24,000 nucleotides of DNA from Pseudomonadales bacterium (GCA_965225765.1 CBDDBO010000002.1:1875712-1899711), one strand, 5' to 3'. Shown: positions 7,177 to 15,785, counted from the first letter of the stretch. The notes: generated from the letters alone by a model not told the origin. Numbers and translations are program-made.

Positions 7177-8592
7177 TTACCGCTGGGTGATCGAGTACAA
7201 ATTCGTCCAAATTGCACTGCGCGATAAGTAGTCAGCCCTGACAAAGGCCTTATATTTTTTAAGGCCAAGTATTATCGAAAGCATAAACTTAAAGCCAGCC
7301 AATCTGCTGGCTGCTTTTTGATCAGGTAACCAGATAAAAACAAGCACAAAAAAAGCGTTGATCCACTTTTTTAAGTTCCAGGCACAAGCAGCCATCAACA
7401 AGTTAAGCTGATCGCCGATAAAGCCCTTAAGGAAGTTCCTGCACAATCTGAAGTCTTGCTTCAAATGACCGATAACGGGCTCAATGGATGAGCGTTTTTT
7501 ACAAAGCGTTCGTTTACGTGCTCGTTGTTTATCATTATCTCGCTTAAGAGGCTTGCCTGGTAAAATAACTTCCTGCTTCACTTTAGATTTGGAACCTTGA
7601 TAGCCTTTATCAACAACAGCAGTTTTGATGGATGTCTCTCTCACAGATTCTGCTTCATCTAACGCAGTTTGTAATGTTTCAGAATCATGCGTGAACGTAT
7701 CATGTGCAGCGACGCCAACAATGACATGATCGCGTGTCGATACGATAGAAGCCTTGCTCCCGTATTCGTATTTTTTATGCGCCTTACCTTTAGCAACACA
7801 GTAGACTTGAGGCTCATGAAGGCTGTAAATTTTGTTCTTGTCCTTAGACTGTTGAGCAAGTACCTTGCGATACATGGCAAAATCGTTTGCTAGCTGTGCA
7901 ACCGCACCCTCTGGGAGTTTTCGCTCAAGCTCTCTCATCAGAATGTCAGCAATAGTACGCAGACGCTTCAAGGCTTTTTTAGCCTTCTTGCGTTTCTTTA
8001 CATGTCCAAAGAAGCGCGAGTCAATACGAAGCTGTTTTACCTCTTTGACAAAAGTTCGCCGCTGTTTGACACCAAAGCCTTTTGCTAGCTTATTCACTCG
8101 ATTAATGATTTTGATGGCGAGCTTTGTATCGGTCGGATAGGTGATAGCTTTTTCCTGTACCCTCGTATCAACAAAAACCGTATCATCTTCAGCTGCCTCT
8201 CCATGCAGCTTAACTGACATCGCAAAAATCTGTTTAACGCCGCTCTCGCCAATTCTTTGCCTGAATTTTACAAGGTCTGTTGGATGGCAAGGCAGGCAAG
8301 ATTGAAAACTGGTTTCACCGCAGAAAAATTGAAAGTATGGGTTCATTTTCCACTGAGAAACCACATTCCCGTCACTCAAATTGAAGAGCTGCTTGAGCAT
8401 TAATAAGCCGCTCATCAATCGAATGGGTTTGGCTGGGCGACCTTCTTCGCTGTAATAAACGGCAAGACCTTTTTCTAAATCTGGCCAAGGCAATGCGTTC
8501 GATAAGGCTATGAGCGGGTCATTGAGATCTAATGAATCGAATAGATCAAAAAAGCTTCTTTGATTGTTCGAAGACGGGCTTGTAGTCAGCAT
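7177..8592 (-). CDS. IS5-family DDE transposase (InsH-type N-terminal domain plus DDE domain)
   Basis: Track ORF of 471 aa. DDE-region signatures: FVDTRVQEKAITYPTD, AVVDKGYQG and SSIEPVIGHLKQDFRLCRNFLKG. The last 18 codons (7177-7230) lie outside the IS end. Confidence 0.9.
   Translation of the reverse strand: MLTTSPSSNNQRSFFDLFDSLDLNDPLIALSNALPWPDLEKGLAVYYSEEGRPAKPIRLMSGLLMLKQLFNLSDGNVVSQWKMNPYFQFFCGETSFQSCLPCHPTDLVKFRQRIGESGVKQIFAMSVKLHGEAAEDDTVFVDTRVQEKAITYPTDTKLAIKIINRVNKLAKGFGVKQRRTFVKEVKQLRIDSRFFGHVKKRKKAKKALKRLRTIADILMRELERKLPEGAVAQLANDFAMYRKVLAQQSKDKNKIYSLHEPQVYCVAKGKAHKKYEYGSKASIVSTRDHVIVGVAAHDTFTHDSETLQTALDEAESVRETSIKTAVVDKGYQGSKSKVKQEVILPGKPLKRDNDKQRARKRTLCKKRSSIEPVIGHLKQDFRLCRNFLKGFIGDQLNLLMAACAWNLKKWINAFFVLVFIWLPDQKAASRLAGFKFMLSIILGLKKYKAFVRADYLSRSAIWTNLYSITQR
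7225..7230. repeat. Target-site duplication TAAGTA (left copy)
   Basis: Identical hexamer abutting both IS termini. Confidence 0.7.
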
Positions 8593-8711
8593 CCAAAACT
8601 CATTTCGACCAGTAATTTAAGGCTTTTAGAGTCTTTCTGGTCGAAATTGTTCGTTTCAAGCCAGCCCTAAGCCTCTTTAAATGAAGCTTTCTACTGTTTA
8701 TCAGGGCTGAC
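7231..8711 (-). mobile_element. IS5-type insertion sequence (1481 bp)
   Basis: Terminal inverted repeats are GTCAGCCCTGA(C)AAA at 7231 and its complement TTTATCAGGGCTGAC ending at 8711. They are flanked by a perfect direct repeat TAAGTA (7225-7230 and 8712-8717). The element encodes a single DDE transposase. Confidence 0.8.
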
Positions 8712-8717
8712 TAAGTA
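8712..8717. repeat. Target-site duplication TAAGTA (right copy)
   Basis: Identical hexamer abutting both IS termini. Confidence 0.7.
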
Positions 8718-8799
8718 CTCGATCAAGGCCTTCGATGATATGGCCTTCGTTAAAGGATTGTTCTTCAGACATCAGTTTTCCTTATAACCTCCTGACTTT

Positions 8800-9060
8800 T
8801 TACAAATCAAAAATCTCGATATCCTTTTTATAAATCAAATGAAACACTGGCACTTCGGTATACTCAGCCCTTTTGATACCTAGCTCTAGCTGCATTAAAC
8901 GACGCTCATTCATCCCAAATCTTGCACCATAGAAATATCTACTCTGCCTTGCTGCTAATCTTGGATGAACGATATGCCTAATTTTTACTGGTTTATCATT
9001 AGGCCAGTTTTTTCTGAAAATCTCGCGTCTTCTAGCACTAATAGATAGGGGAAGCTTCAC
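8800..9060 (-). CDS. Hypothetical protein (86 aa)
   Basis: Track ORF with a GTG start and no convincing SD. I recognise no family. Its position in the co-directional gene string is the only support. Confidence 0.35.
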   Translation of the reverse strand: MKLPLSISARRREIFRKNWPNDKPVKIRHIVHPRLAARQSRYFYGARFGMNERRLMQLELGIKRAEYTEVPVFHLIYKKDIEIFDL

Positions 9061-9106
9061 TATTTAAGTCTCTTGTCTGATTAATGTTTTAGGCACAACT
9101 CACTTA

Positions 9107-9634
9107 TCAGCCATCACCATTCACTGAGATTAAACCTGTAAAGATCGGTAACGCCCAGTCAGCATGCTGGTATCTATATCGCAGCGACATATTCTTAGGT
9201 AACACCACGTTATAAGATAAGGTAGCCAGCGCCCGCAATGCATCTTGGCGTAAAAAGTGATCATATGCTCGATAAACATCTACGCGTTCAATGAATGCCG
9301 GATACGCTTCTTCTGTTAGATTGACGCCGGGTAAAGCATTCCATTCTTTTACAATATTTTCAGCCTTATGTTCGATCACCATAAACAACTGACAGTCGTC
9401 TTCTAACTGACTGACTGAATATTCAATTAAGGTTGAAGCATCCGTAAATGAATAAGGTGTTGGTGGTAAGTAATTATGAATCTGCAAGCTAAACTCTTTA
9501 CAGGCTAAATCTGACGTTTCTGCTATTCCCATTGTAAAGGTGGGTTTTATTGACTTAAAAAATAGTCCTACCGTAAAGCAAACTATTGCAACTAGAAGAA
9601 TTCTAAATGGATAAACGATTTTATTGTTATACAT
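9107..9634 (-). CDS. Hypothetical protein with an N-terminal membrane anchor
   Basis: The track ORF starts at a TTG (9673). I prefer ATG 9634 (MYNNKIVYPFRILLVAIVCFTVGLFF...), which gives one hydrophobic helix followed by a soluble domain. It lies immediately downstream of the WYL regulator. Confidence 0.6.
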   Translation of the reverse strand: MYNNKIVYPFRILLVAIVCFTVGLFFKSIKPTFTMGIAETSDLACKEFSLQIHNYLPPTPYSFTDASTLIEYSVSQLEDDCQLFMVIEHKAENIVKEWNALPGVNLTEEAYPAFIERVDVYRAYDHFLRQDALRALATLSYNVVLPKNMSLRYRYQHADWALPIFTGLISVNGDG

Positions 9635-9720
9635 CACTTGGGCCCTATACCAGCCAACCCGACAAGTGATCAAATAATAATCAAGCCAATTACAATATGC
9701 AAACTTTATTTACAGGTAAT

Positions 9721-10599
9721 TTAACTTGCATCAAATAAAAGTTCATGCACTTTCGCTTTGTCTAATTCACTCACAACAAGCGGATAAGCAATGGCATCTT
9801 GCTCTAAATAATCTTCAACAGGCACCTGATAACGCTGCAACGTATAATGCACAAGCGCCTTTTGCGTCGTTAGTTTTAGCTTCCCTCTTGTCATTGCATA
9901 ATCTTTTTTAATAAGTTTCTGCTGAGACTCACTAAGATTAGGATTAGGCACTAAATGAAAACTGATCGTTTGCTGCCATTTATCGTCAGATTGATCGCTT
10001 ACAAAAGCGTCGCCCTTCACCGCTTCCACTTGAGACATTCTCGATAGATTAAAGTCTCGATAGGACTGCCGCTCATGGCAATAGGCTCTAACATGCCACC
10101 TAAATCCACTATAGATTAAACGGTGCGGTGATAGTTGCCGCTTAATACCCTCAGGGTTGGTCATCGACATATAAATTAAACTCACCACCTGCTGCTTTCT
10201 TGCAGCTTCTAACAACACCCGAACCGTTTTAGCTTGAATAGCTCTATCAGGATAACTCACCGCTGTAATGAGCGGATGGTCAACAACTTTGCCGGGCTGG
10301 CTCTGACTAATTAGGCCTATCAGCATATCCATGTATTCATTGATATGCCCTTGTGATAACACAGGTTTAAAATCAGGCTCAGGCTTATACGCTTTCAAGT
10401 CTTTATCATATACAAGTGCATCAGGGTTATAGTTATCACAATATCGCTTAATGTCCTTTGAGGCCTGTTGCCGCGATATACCAAACAAACCGATAAGTCT
10501 TGGTGTATTGAGTCGCCCCTCCCAAAAAGCAATCAATTCAATGGCCCGATACCTGAGCAATACTTCGTATTTTTCTGCTTCTTGAGTCAGAGCTGGCAC
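9721..10599 (-). CDS. HTH plus WYL-domain transcriptional regulator (BrxR/CapW-like)
   Basis: Track ORF of 292 aa with a GTG start. The N-terminal wHTH is LIGLFGISRQQASKDIKRY. The WYL-type core is SPHRLIYSGFRWHVRAYCHERQSYRDFNLSRM. Confidence 0.85.
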   Translation of the reverse strand: MPALTQEAEKYEVLLRYRAIELIAFWEGRLNTPRLIGLFGISRQQASKDIKRYCDNYNPDALVYDKDLKAYKPEPDFKPVLSQGHINEYMDMLIGLISQSQPGKVVDHPLITAVSYPDRAIQAKTVRVLLEAARKQQVVSLIYMSMTNPEGIKRQLSPHRLIYSGFRWHVRAYCHERQSYRDFNLSRMSQVEAVKGDAFVSDQSDDKWQQTISFHLVPNPNLSESQQKLIKKDYAMTRGKLKLTTQKALVHYTLQRYQVPVEDYLEQDAIAYPLVVSELDKAKVHELLFDAS

Positions 10600-10772
10600 T
10601 GAGAAACCCTTTGAAACTAGCTATTTACCGTAATAGTTCCATATTATCCATATCGGCTCTTTTCCACAATAGTAACCAATGCCACCTGCTATTCCTTTAC
10701 TTCAAGGTTTATCGAAAAGGCTTTTATCTTTAGAATCAAATACTGATAAATTCAGTCTAAAAACACCCCCTC

Positions 10773-11456
10773 ATGGCCCACAACAAGACCATACTCATCA
10801 TCGAAGATGAATCCGCGATTGCAGATAACATTGCCATTGCATTAAAAGCCGAAGGGTATTTGGCTCTGCATGAAACCTTGGCGCATAAAGGTATCGAAGC
10901 ACTCCAAACACAATCGGTTGATTTAGTGATACTTGATGTGGGTTTGCCTGATATGAGCGGGTTTGAGGCCTGTAAAGCCATTCGGCAATTTTCGCAAGTG
11001 CCTATTATCTTTTTAACAGCGCGTTCATCCGAAATAGACCGTGTGGTAGGGCTTGAAATTGGCGCAGATGATTATGTCACTAAACCCTTTAGCCCAAGAG
11101 AATTAGTCGCCCGAGTAAAACTTCGCCTACGGACATTTGATGCACCTGCCGCAGTGCAAAGTCAATCGGATTCGCCCTTCTCGCTCGATGAAACCAGCAA
11201 AACGATTCAATACCACGGCAAGCGATTAGACCTAACCGCCTTTGAGTTTGGTATTCTCAGAGCGCTTATCAACCACCCTAACCGCGTCTATTCACGTGAG
11301 CAGTTAATGGCGAGCGTCAGAGACATGCCTGAAGTTTCGCAAGCGCGCAGCGTCGACAATCACATTAAATCGTTGCGCGCTAAACTCAGCGCCATTACCC
11401 CTGAAGAACAACCCATCAAAACGCACCGCAGCATGGGGTATAGTCTCTCACTATGA
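10773..11456 (+). CDS. creB: OmpR-family response regulator CreB
   Basis: Receiver-domain motifs ILIIEDE, DLVILDVGLPDMSGFE, IIFLTARSSEIDRVVGLEIGADDYVTKPFSPREL and a winged-helix C-terminus closely follow E. coli CreB as I recall it. It sits in a creB-creC-creD gene order. Confidence 0.88.
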   Translation: MAHNKTILIIEDESAIADNIAIALKAEGYLALHETLAHKGIEALQTQSVDLVILDVGLPDMSGFEACKAIRQFSQVPIIFLTARSSEIDRVVGLEIGADDYVTKPFSPRELVARVKLRLRTFDAPAAVQSQSDSPFSLDETSKTIQYHGKRLDLTAFEFGILRALINHPNRVYSREQLMASVRDMPEVSQARSVDNHIKSLRAKLSAITPEEQPIKTHRSMGYSLSL

Positions 11457-12886
11457 AGCTTTACACCCAAATTATTATCGTATTTTGTGTGCTTGTGAGT
11501 GGTGTAATCTACTTTTTGCTCAATACCGCCATTGATGAATTGAAACCTGCGATGCGCCAATCGAGCGAAGAACTGTTGGTCGATACTGCCAACTTACTTG
11601 CTGAAATGATTCAAGCCGATATGTCTACGCAAGACATCAATACCCTTGAATTTTCCACTACAGTCAACGCCTTTTTAAACCGTGAATTGAATGCAAAAAT
11701 TTACGCCATCGACAAAACGCAAAGCCAGCTGCGTATTTACCTTACCGACAAAAATGGCACGCTGATTTATCACTCCTCGCCGTTATTTCAAGAAGACCTT
11801 GGAAAAGACTACTCTCAATGGAACGATGTGTATTTAACGCTCCTTGGCAAATACGGCGCAAGAAGCTCAGATGATATTGAAGGTGATAAAACCACCTCCT
11901 TTATGTATGTCGCTGCACCCATTTATCAACATAAAAAAATCATTGGCGTGGTCAGCGTTGGCAAGCCACGAACGGATCTCTTACCCTTTATTGATGCTAC
12001 GATCAATAAACTCTATGAATACAGTATCATCATTAGTTTTATCACGGTATTACTCGGCATTCTATTTGCGTTTGCACTCACCCACTCAGTCAGAAAATTA
12101 ACGCGCTACGTTAGACAGATTAAAGAAGACAAACCCGCCACGCAGCCAAAGTTGATCGATAGCGACATGCAACGGCTGGGTAACGCTATTACTGACATGA
12201 AGCAAGCACTTGATGGCAAGGCTTATGTTGAGCAATACACGCAAAGCCTCACGCATGAATTGAAAAGTCCCATTGCTGCCATAACAGGCGCTAGCGAGTT
12301 ACTTTCTCAGCAATTGTCCACGGAAGACTTTTCACGCTTAAAAGCTAATCTCACGAATGAATCAGCGCGATTAAACCAGCTCGTTAGCCGACTGCTTGAG
12401 CTAACACAGGTTGAACGCTTAACTGTAATTGAGTCACCTGCCACTTTTTCCATTGATGAATTAATCGAAGAACTGAGACAAAGCAAAAGACTCTTATTAG
12501 AAAAGCATCACCTGCACCTGATAACGCCAGTTCCATCGGGAATAGCATTATCTGGCGATCGGTTATTGGTTTTTCAAAGCCTTGATAATTTGCTGCAGAA
12601 TGCGATCGAGTTTTCGAATGATAACTCAACCATAGATATTCACGTCAATAAGAGCCAAGGCAGAATTACGGTAAGTGTCTTAGATGAAGGAACGGGTATC
12701 CCAGACTATGCCATCGATAAAATTACTGAACGCTTTTATTCTTTACCACGACCTACTAAGGCCAAAAGCACTGGACTAGGGTTAAATTTTGTGCAAAAAA
12801 TCATGCAATTGCATCAGGGTAAACTCACCATTTGCAATCGCCAACCTAAAGGTGTCATTGCCTCATTGATTTTCCCCACAAAATAA
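11453..12886 (+). CDS. creC: Sensor histidine kinase CreC
   Basis: ATGA overlap with creB. It has an N-terminal TM helix, a second TM helix, H-box THELKSPIAAI, N-box LLQNAIEFS, G1 DEGTGIP and G2 GLGLNFV. Confidence 0.88.
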   Translation: MKLYTQIIIVFCVLVSGVIYFLLNTAIDELKPAMRQSSEELLVDTANLLAEMIQADMSTQDINTLEFSTTVNAFLNRELNAKIYAIDKTQSQLRIYLTDKNGTLIYHSSPLFQEDLGKDYSQWNDVYLTLLGKYGARSSDDIEGDKTTSFMYVAAPIYQHKKIIGVVSVGKPRTDLLPFIDATINKLYEYSIIISFITVLLGILFAFALTHSVRKLTRYVRQIKEDKPATQPKLIDSDMQRLGNAITDMKQALDGKAYVEQYTQSLTHELKSPIAAITGASELLSQQLSTEDFSRLKANLTNESARLNQLVSRLLELTQVERLTVIESPATFSIDELIEELRQSKRLLLEKHHLHLITPVPSGIALSGDRLLVFQSLDNLLQNAIEFSNDNSTIDIHVNKSQGRITVSVLDEGTGIPDYAIDKITERFYSLPRPTKAKSTGLGLNFVQKIMQLHQGKLTICNRQPKGVIASLIFPTK

Positions 12887-12990
12887 ACCATTAAAAAACA
12901 CAAAAGAAATACGAAAAAAACACATAAGCTACACAAAGCGCAGACACAGATTCGATAGATTACTGCCAAACCAATAAGGAATCTATCACC

Positions 12991-14388
12991 ATGAACAACC
13001 CCCTATTCTTAAAGCTTGCCGTCATTGCAGGCATTGCGCTTTTATTAAATATTCCCCTATGGATGATTGAGGGGAAATCCTCTGAACGAAGCGTCTTTAA
13101 GGAAGCTGCCTTTCGTGGCATTGCCAAGAGCTGGACAGGCAATCAAACCCTTATTGGCCCATTTTTACGCGTGCCCTTCACCGTTCAATCGACAGAAAGC
13201 GCATGGGATGAAAACCTAAAAGCCTATCAGGATAAAATCACCACAGAAAGAAAGACGCTATGGCTCACCATGGATAAACTATCGGTGAATACCGCGATAG
13301 AAAACGACATGCGTTACAAAGGTATTTATCAAACGCCTGTGTATCATTCAACTATTCGCTACGAAGCAGAGATCGGCAACATACTTAATGCCATTAACCA
13401 GTATGACAATGTCGCAGAGATTCATTCCCCTACACTTTCTATGCTGGTGAAAGATCCTAGAGGCATAAGCAATATCCCTGAACTCAGCATAAGCAATGCT
13501 TCATTCACCTTTGAGCCTGGCAGCAAGCTAGCTTTTGACCCTAAAGGGTTACATGTAACGCTTGATAAGCAGTGGATAGGCAACCCCACGCCGATTCATT
13601 TCACATTGGATGTGCGCGGCATGAATCAGCTCAACTTTGTCCCCGTAGCCAAGGCTGCCGAGGTAAAAATAGTATCAGATTGGCCGCATCCTTCTTTCAT
13701 TGGCGATTTTTCACCGCTGGAACGCACCATCGATGAAAACGGTTATAGCGCTTTATGGAAAATGTCTTCATTTGCCACCAATATTGACCAAAAAGTTAAG
13801 CAATGCTCCGAAGGGCAGTGCGAGGAACTTATTAATGAATCTTTTGGGGTGAGTCATATCGAGCCTGTGGATGTGTACTCACAAACCGAGCGAGCGATTA
13901 AATACGCGTTTTTGTTTATCCTACTGAGCTTTATGGGGTTTTTCCTTTTTGAGGTGATTAAAGGTTTAAGCATCCATGCTGTGCAATATGGATTAGTGGG
14001 CATTGCTATTGCGCTATTTTACTTGCTGCTATTAGCTTTATCTGAGCATCTGCCGTTTATTGCAGCCTACTGCATTGCGACTGCCGCTTGCGTTGGGTTA
14101 CTGCATTTTTACCTCTCCGCCATTCTTAAAAACTGGCTGCATACCTGCCTATTCAGTGCCTTATTTACTCTGTTATACGGGTTACTTTATGTGATCATCC
14201 AAACGCAAGACTTTGCCTTATTGATGGGCGCGACCTTAACCTTTGGCGTGCTAAGCGCATTAATGGTTCTCACAAGGCACATCGACTGGTTCGAAGTGAG
14301 TGATCAGCTAGCTAAACTAAAGCCCGAAAAGCCCGAAAAGCCTATTCAAGAAAACTCTGATGAATCAATAAACCCATGGACTAAATAA
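12991..14388 (+). CDS. creD: Inner-membrane protein CreD
   Basis: Blocks of similarity to E. coli CreD as I recall it: LIGPF..., SDWPHPSFIGDFSP, TERAIKYAFLFILLSFMGFFLFE and YLLLLALSEH. The C-terminal half has multiple TM segments. Confidence 0.88.
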   Translation: MNNPLFLKLAVIAGIALLLNIPLWMIEGKSSERSVFKEAAFRGIAKSWTGNQTLIGPFLRVPFTVQSTESAWDENLKAYQDKITTERKTLWLTMDKLSVNTAIENDMRYKGIYQTPVYHSTIRYEAEIGNILNAINQYDNVAEIHSPTLSMLVKDPRGISNIPELSISNASFTFEPGSKLAFDPKGLHVTLDKQWIGNPTPIHFTLDVRGMNQLNFVPVAKAAEVKIVSDWPHPSFIGDFSPLERTIDENGYSALWKMSSFATNIDQKVKQCSEGQCEELINESFGVSHIEPVDVYSQTERAIKYAFLFILLSFMGFFLFEVIKGLSIHAVQYGLVGIAIALFYLLLLALSEHLPFIAAYCIATAACVGLLHFYLSAILKNWLHTCLFSALFTLLYGLLYVIIQTQDFALLMGATLTFGVLSALMVLTRHIDWFEVSDQLAKLKPEKPEKPIQENSDESINPWTK

Positions 14389-14666
14389 TGACGCAGTAAG
14401 CTGTAGATAACGCTTCTGCTCTTCCACAAAGCCACATGATGATTAATGATCAACTAGCGAATATAACTGCGTTTTATTATCTCGCTAATCACGGATGATC
14501 TTAGGTATTATTTTGATGACATTCCCCCCGACAAACTCGGTGGGGCACTATCTATTTCCTACATATAACTGTGGAAAGCTGACATATCATCTTACTAACG
14601 ATAAATAGCACGATAAGAGGATGATTAAAGTAAAAAATAGAAAGGCATAAAGCAGAACTTGATAAA

Positions 14667-14746
14667 TATCACCTGCAAAGTGAAAACCTTGCAGGTGATA
14701 ATGCTCTTTGTTAATAAAGAGCGCGATCGGCATATGAATAATATGC
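14667..14746. other. Three consecutive hairpins in the creD-RDD spacer
   Basis: TATCACCTGCAA-10 nt-TTGCAGGTGATA (perfect 12-bp stem, 14667-14700), GCTCTTT-6 nt-AAAGAGC (14703-14722) and GCATAT-5 nt-ATATGC (14730-14746). None has an adjacent U-tract. Confidence 0.4.
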
Positions 14747-14858
14747 GTCATGCACATATTTAGATAACGATGTTCATCAATGGTTCAAGATGTTAGCTAT
14801 TTAAATAACGCCCTGAATCCTATACAGTAGCGAGTCGATAACTAAAAAGGGTGCATGA

Positions 14859-15302
14859 ATGGATACATCAACGAATGAAGGGATAACCAGCTTTCAATAT
14901 GCCGGTTTCTGGCGACGATTTTGGGCAACCCTGCTGGATTCATTGCTATTAATCGCCATTAGTTTCCCCATTCTTTACAGCATTTATGGGGCTGATTATT
15001 TTTTATCTGAAAGCACCTATCACGGCCCTGCCGATATTATCATCACCTATGTTTTCCCGCTGATTGCGACCGTTTTGTTCTGGCGCTACAAATCGGCCAC
15101 ACCGGGTAAAATGGCACTGAAGTTACATGTCGTCGATGCTGATACAGGTAACAGGCTCTCCAATACACAAGCAATCGTTCGTTACTTTGCTTATATTATT
15201 TCGGCGTTGCCTTTGGGGCTGGGATTTTTTTGGATTGCATGGGATAAAAAGAAACAGGGCTGGCATGATAAGCTAGCCCGAACGGTTGTCGTTAGACCTT
15301 GA
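14859..15302 (+). CDS. RDD-family membrane protein
   Basis: GFWRRFWATLLDSLLL..., three hydrophobic segments, and the terminal GWHDKLARTVVV that is typical of the RDD family. Confidence 0.8.
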   Translation: MDTSTNEGITSFQYAGFWRRFWATLLDSLLLIAISFPILYSIYGADYFLSESTYHGPADIIITYVFPLIATVLFWRYKSATPGKMALKLHVVDADTGNRLSNTQAIVRYFAYIISALPLGLGFFWIAWDKKKQGWHDKLARTVVVRP

Positions 15303-15303
15303 T

Positions 15304-15366
15304 GAGAAGAAGCTCAGCCTTCTCTTACAAAACGATTGAATGGTGGATTGCGCCGCGCACATCCAC
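15304..15366. terminator. Two hairpins between the convergent RDD and AlpA-like genes (possible bidirectional terminator)
   Basis: GAGAAG-9 nt-CTTCTC (15304-15324) and GTGGAT-11 nt GC-rich loop-ATCCAC (15344-15366). The U-tracts are poor. Confidence 0.3.
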
Positions 15367-15377
15367 TCTACTCTAGA

Positions 15378-15560
15378 CTAATAACGCATCATTTGGCTTG
15401 CTATCCACTTTTCAAATTCCTTAATAGGAAAAAGCCTCCTCGATCCTATTTTTTTTGAAGGTGGAAGACTCTCCCCCTTACTCAATTTGTTGCGAATCGT
15501 GCCTTCTTTAAGATATAGAAGCTTGGCGATTTGTCTTACTGTGTAATACTCATTTTTCAT
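15378..15560 (-). CDS. AlpA/excisionase-family small HTH protein (copy 1)
   Basis: The track ORF starts at GTG 15611. ATG 15560 has AAGGA 9 nt upstream and gives a 60-aa product, MKNEYYTVRQIAKLLYLKEGTIRNKLSKGESLPPSKKIGSRRLFPIKEFEKWI. Confidence 0.7.
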   Translation of the reverse strand: MKNEYYTVRQIAKLLYLKEGTIRNKLSKGESLPPSKKIGSRRLFPIKEFEKWIASQMMRY

Positions 15561-15733
15561 ACACTTGTCCTTAAGCTGATGATTGAAAATAGCGTGATTA
15601 GTTTCCTCCACACACCACCTCTAATCTAGTGAGATTGGGCTGCAACCGGCTAAGGGTTAAACACCCTTACAGGGCTACCAATACTCGACCGAAAATAAAT
15701 GACGTACTCAGAAAACGATAAGGCCATTAACTT

Positions 15734-15785
15734 GTAGCAATCTGCTACCGTTTAATTTGAACCTCACGTAGCAATTTGCTACAAT
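15734..15785 (+). promoter_or_regulatory. Promoter with twin palindromic operators upstream of the ParD-like antitoxin gene
   Basis: GTAGCAatcTGCTAC (15734-15748) and GTAGCAattTGCTAC (15768-15782) have centres 34 bp apart. TTGAAC (15757-15762), a 17-nt spacer and TACAAT (15780-15785) form the promoter. The second operator overlaps the -10. Confidence 0.6.

Larger units (their letters stand above)
7091..8772 (-). pseudogene. 63-aa hypothetical ORF split by the IS insertion
   Basis: Removing 7231..8717 (the IS plus one TSD copy) joins the N-part (ATG 8772, preceded by AAGGAAAA) in frame to the C-part (stop TAG 7093..7091). The restored product is MSEEQSFNEGHIIEGLDRVLIAQCNLDEFVLDHPAVMKAGCNQKVEEAIRLLAEVYQEIGQLNE*. 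I recognise no family. Confidence 0.5.

Noticed and set aside
7659-8140. Track ORFs 7659..7880(-), 7687..7893(+) and 7865..8140(+) inside the IS
   Set aside because: They overlap the transposase frame, and an IS of this size and type encodes a single transposase here. I treat them as shadow ORFs.
9726-13142. Track ORFs 9726..9911(+), 10757..10981(-), 11360..11560(-), 11844..12101(+), 12384..12629(-) and 12960..13142(-)
   Set aside because: They are antisense or off-frame to well-supported genes (the WYL regulator, creB, creC, creD).
14320-14342. Tandem AAGCCCGAA repeat encoding KPEKPEKP at the creD C-terminus
   Set aside because: It is only two and a half short units within a disordered tail. 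This is ordinary slippage-type low complexity, not a distinct feature.
15344-15366. GC-rich hairpin GTGGAT-N11-ATCCAC as a tRNA fragment or att site
   Set aside because: No cloverleaf or T-loop consensus can be drawn around it, and no second copy occurs in the window. I kept it only as a possible terminator hairpin.
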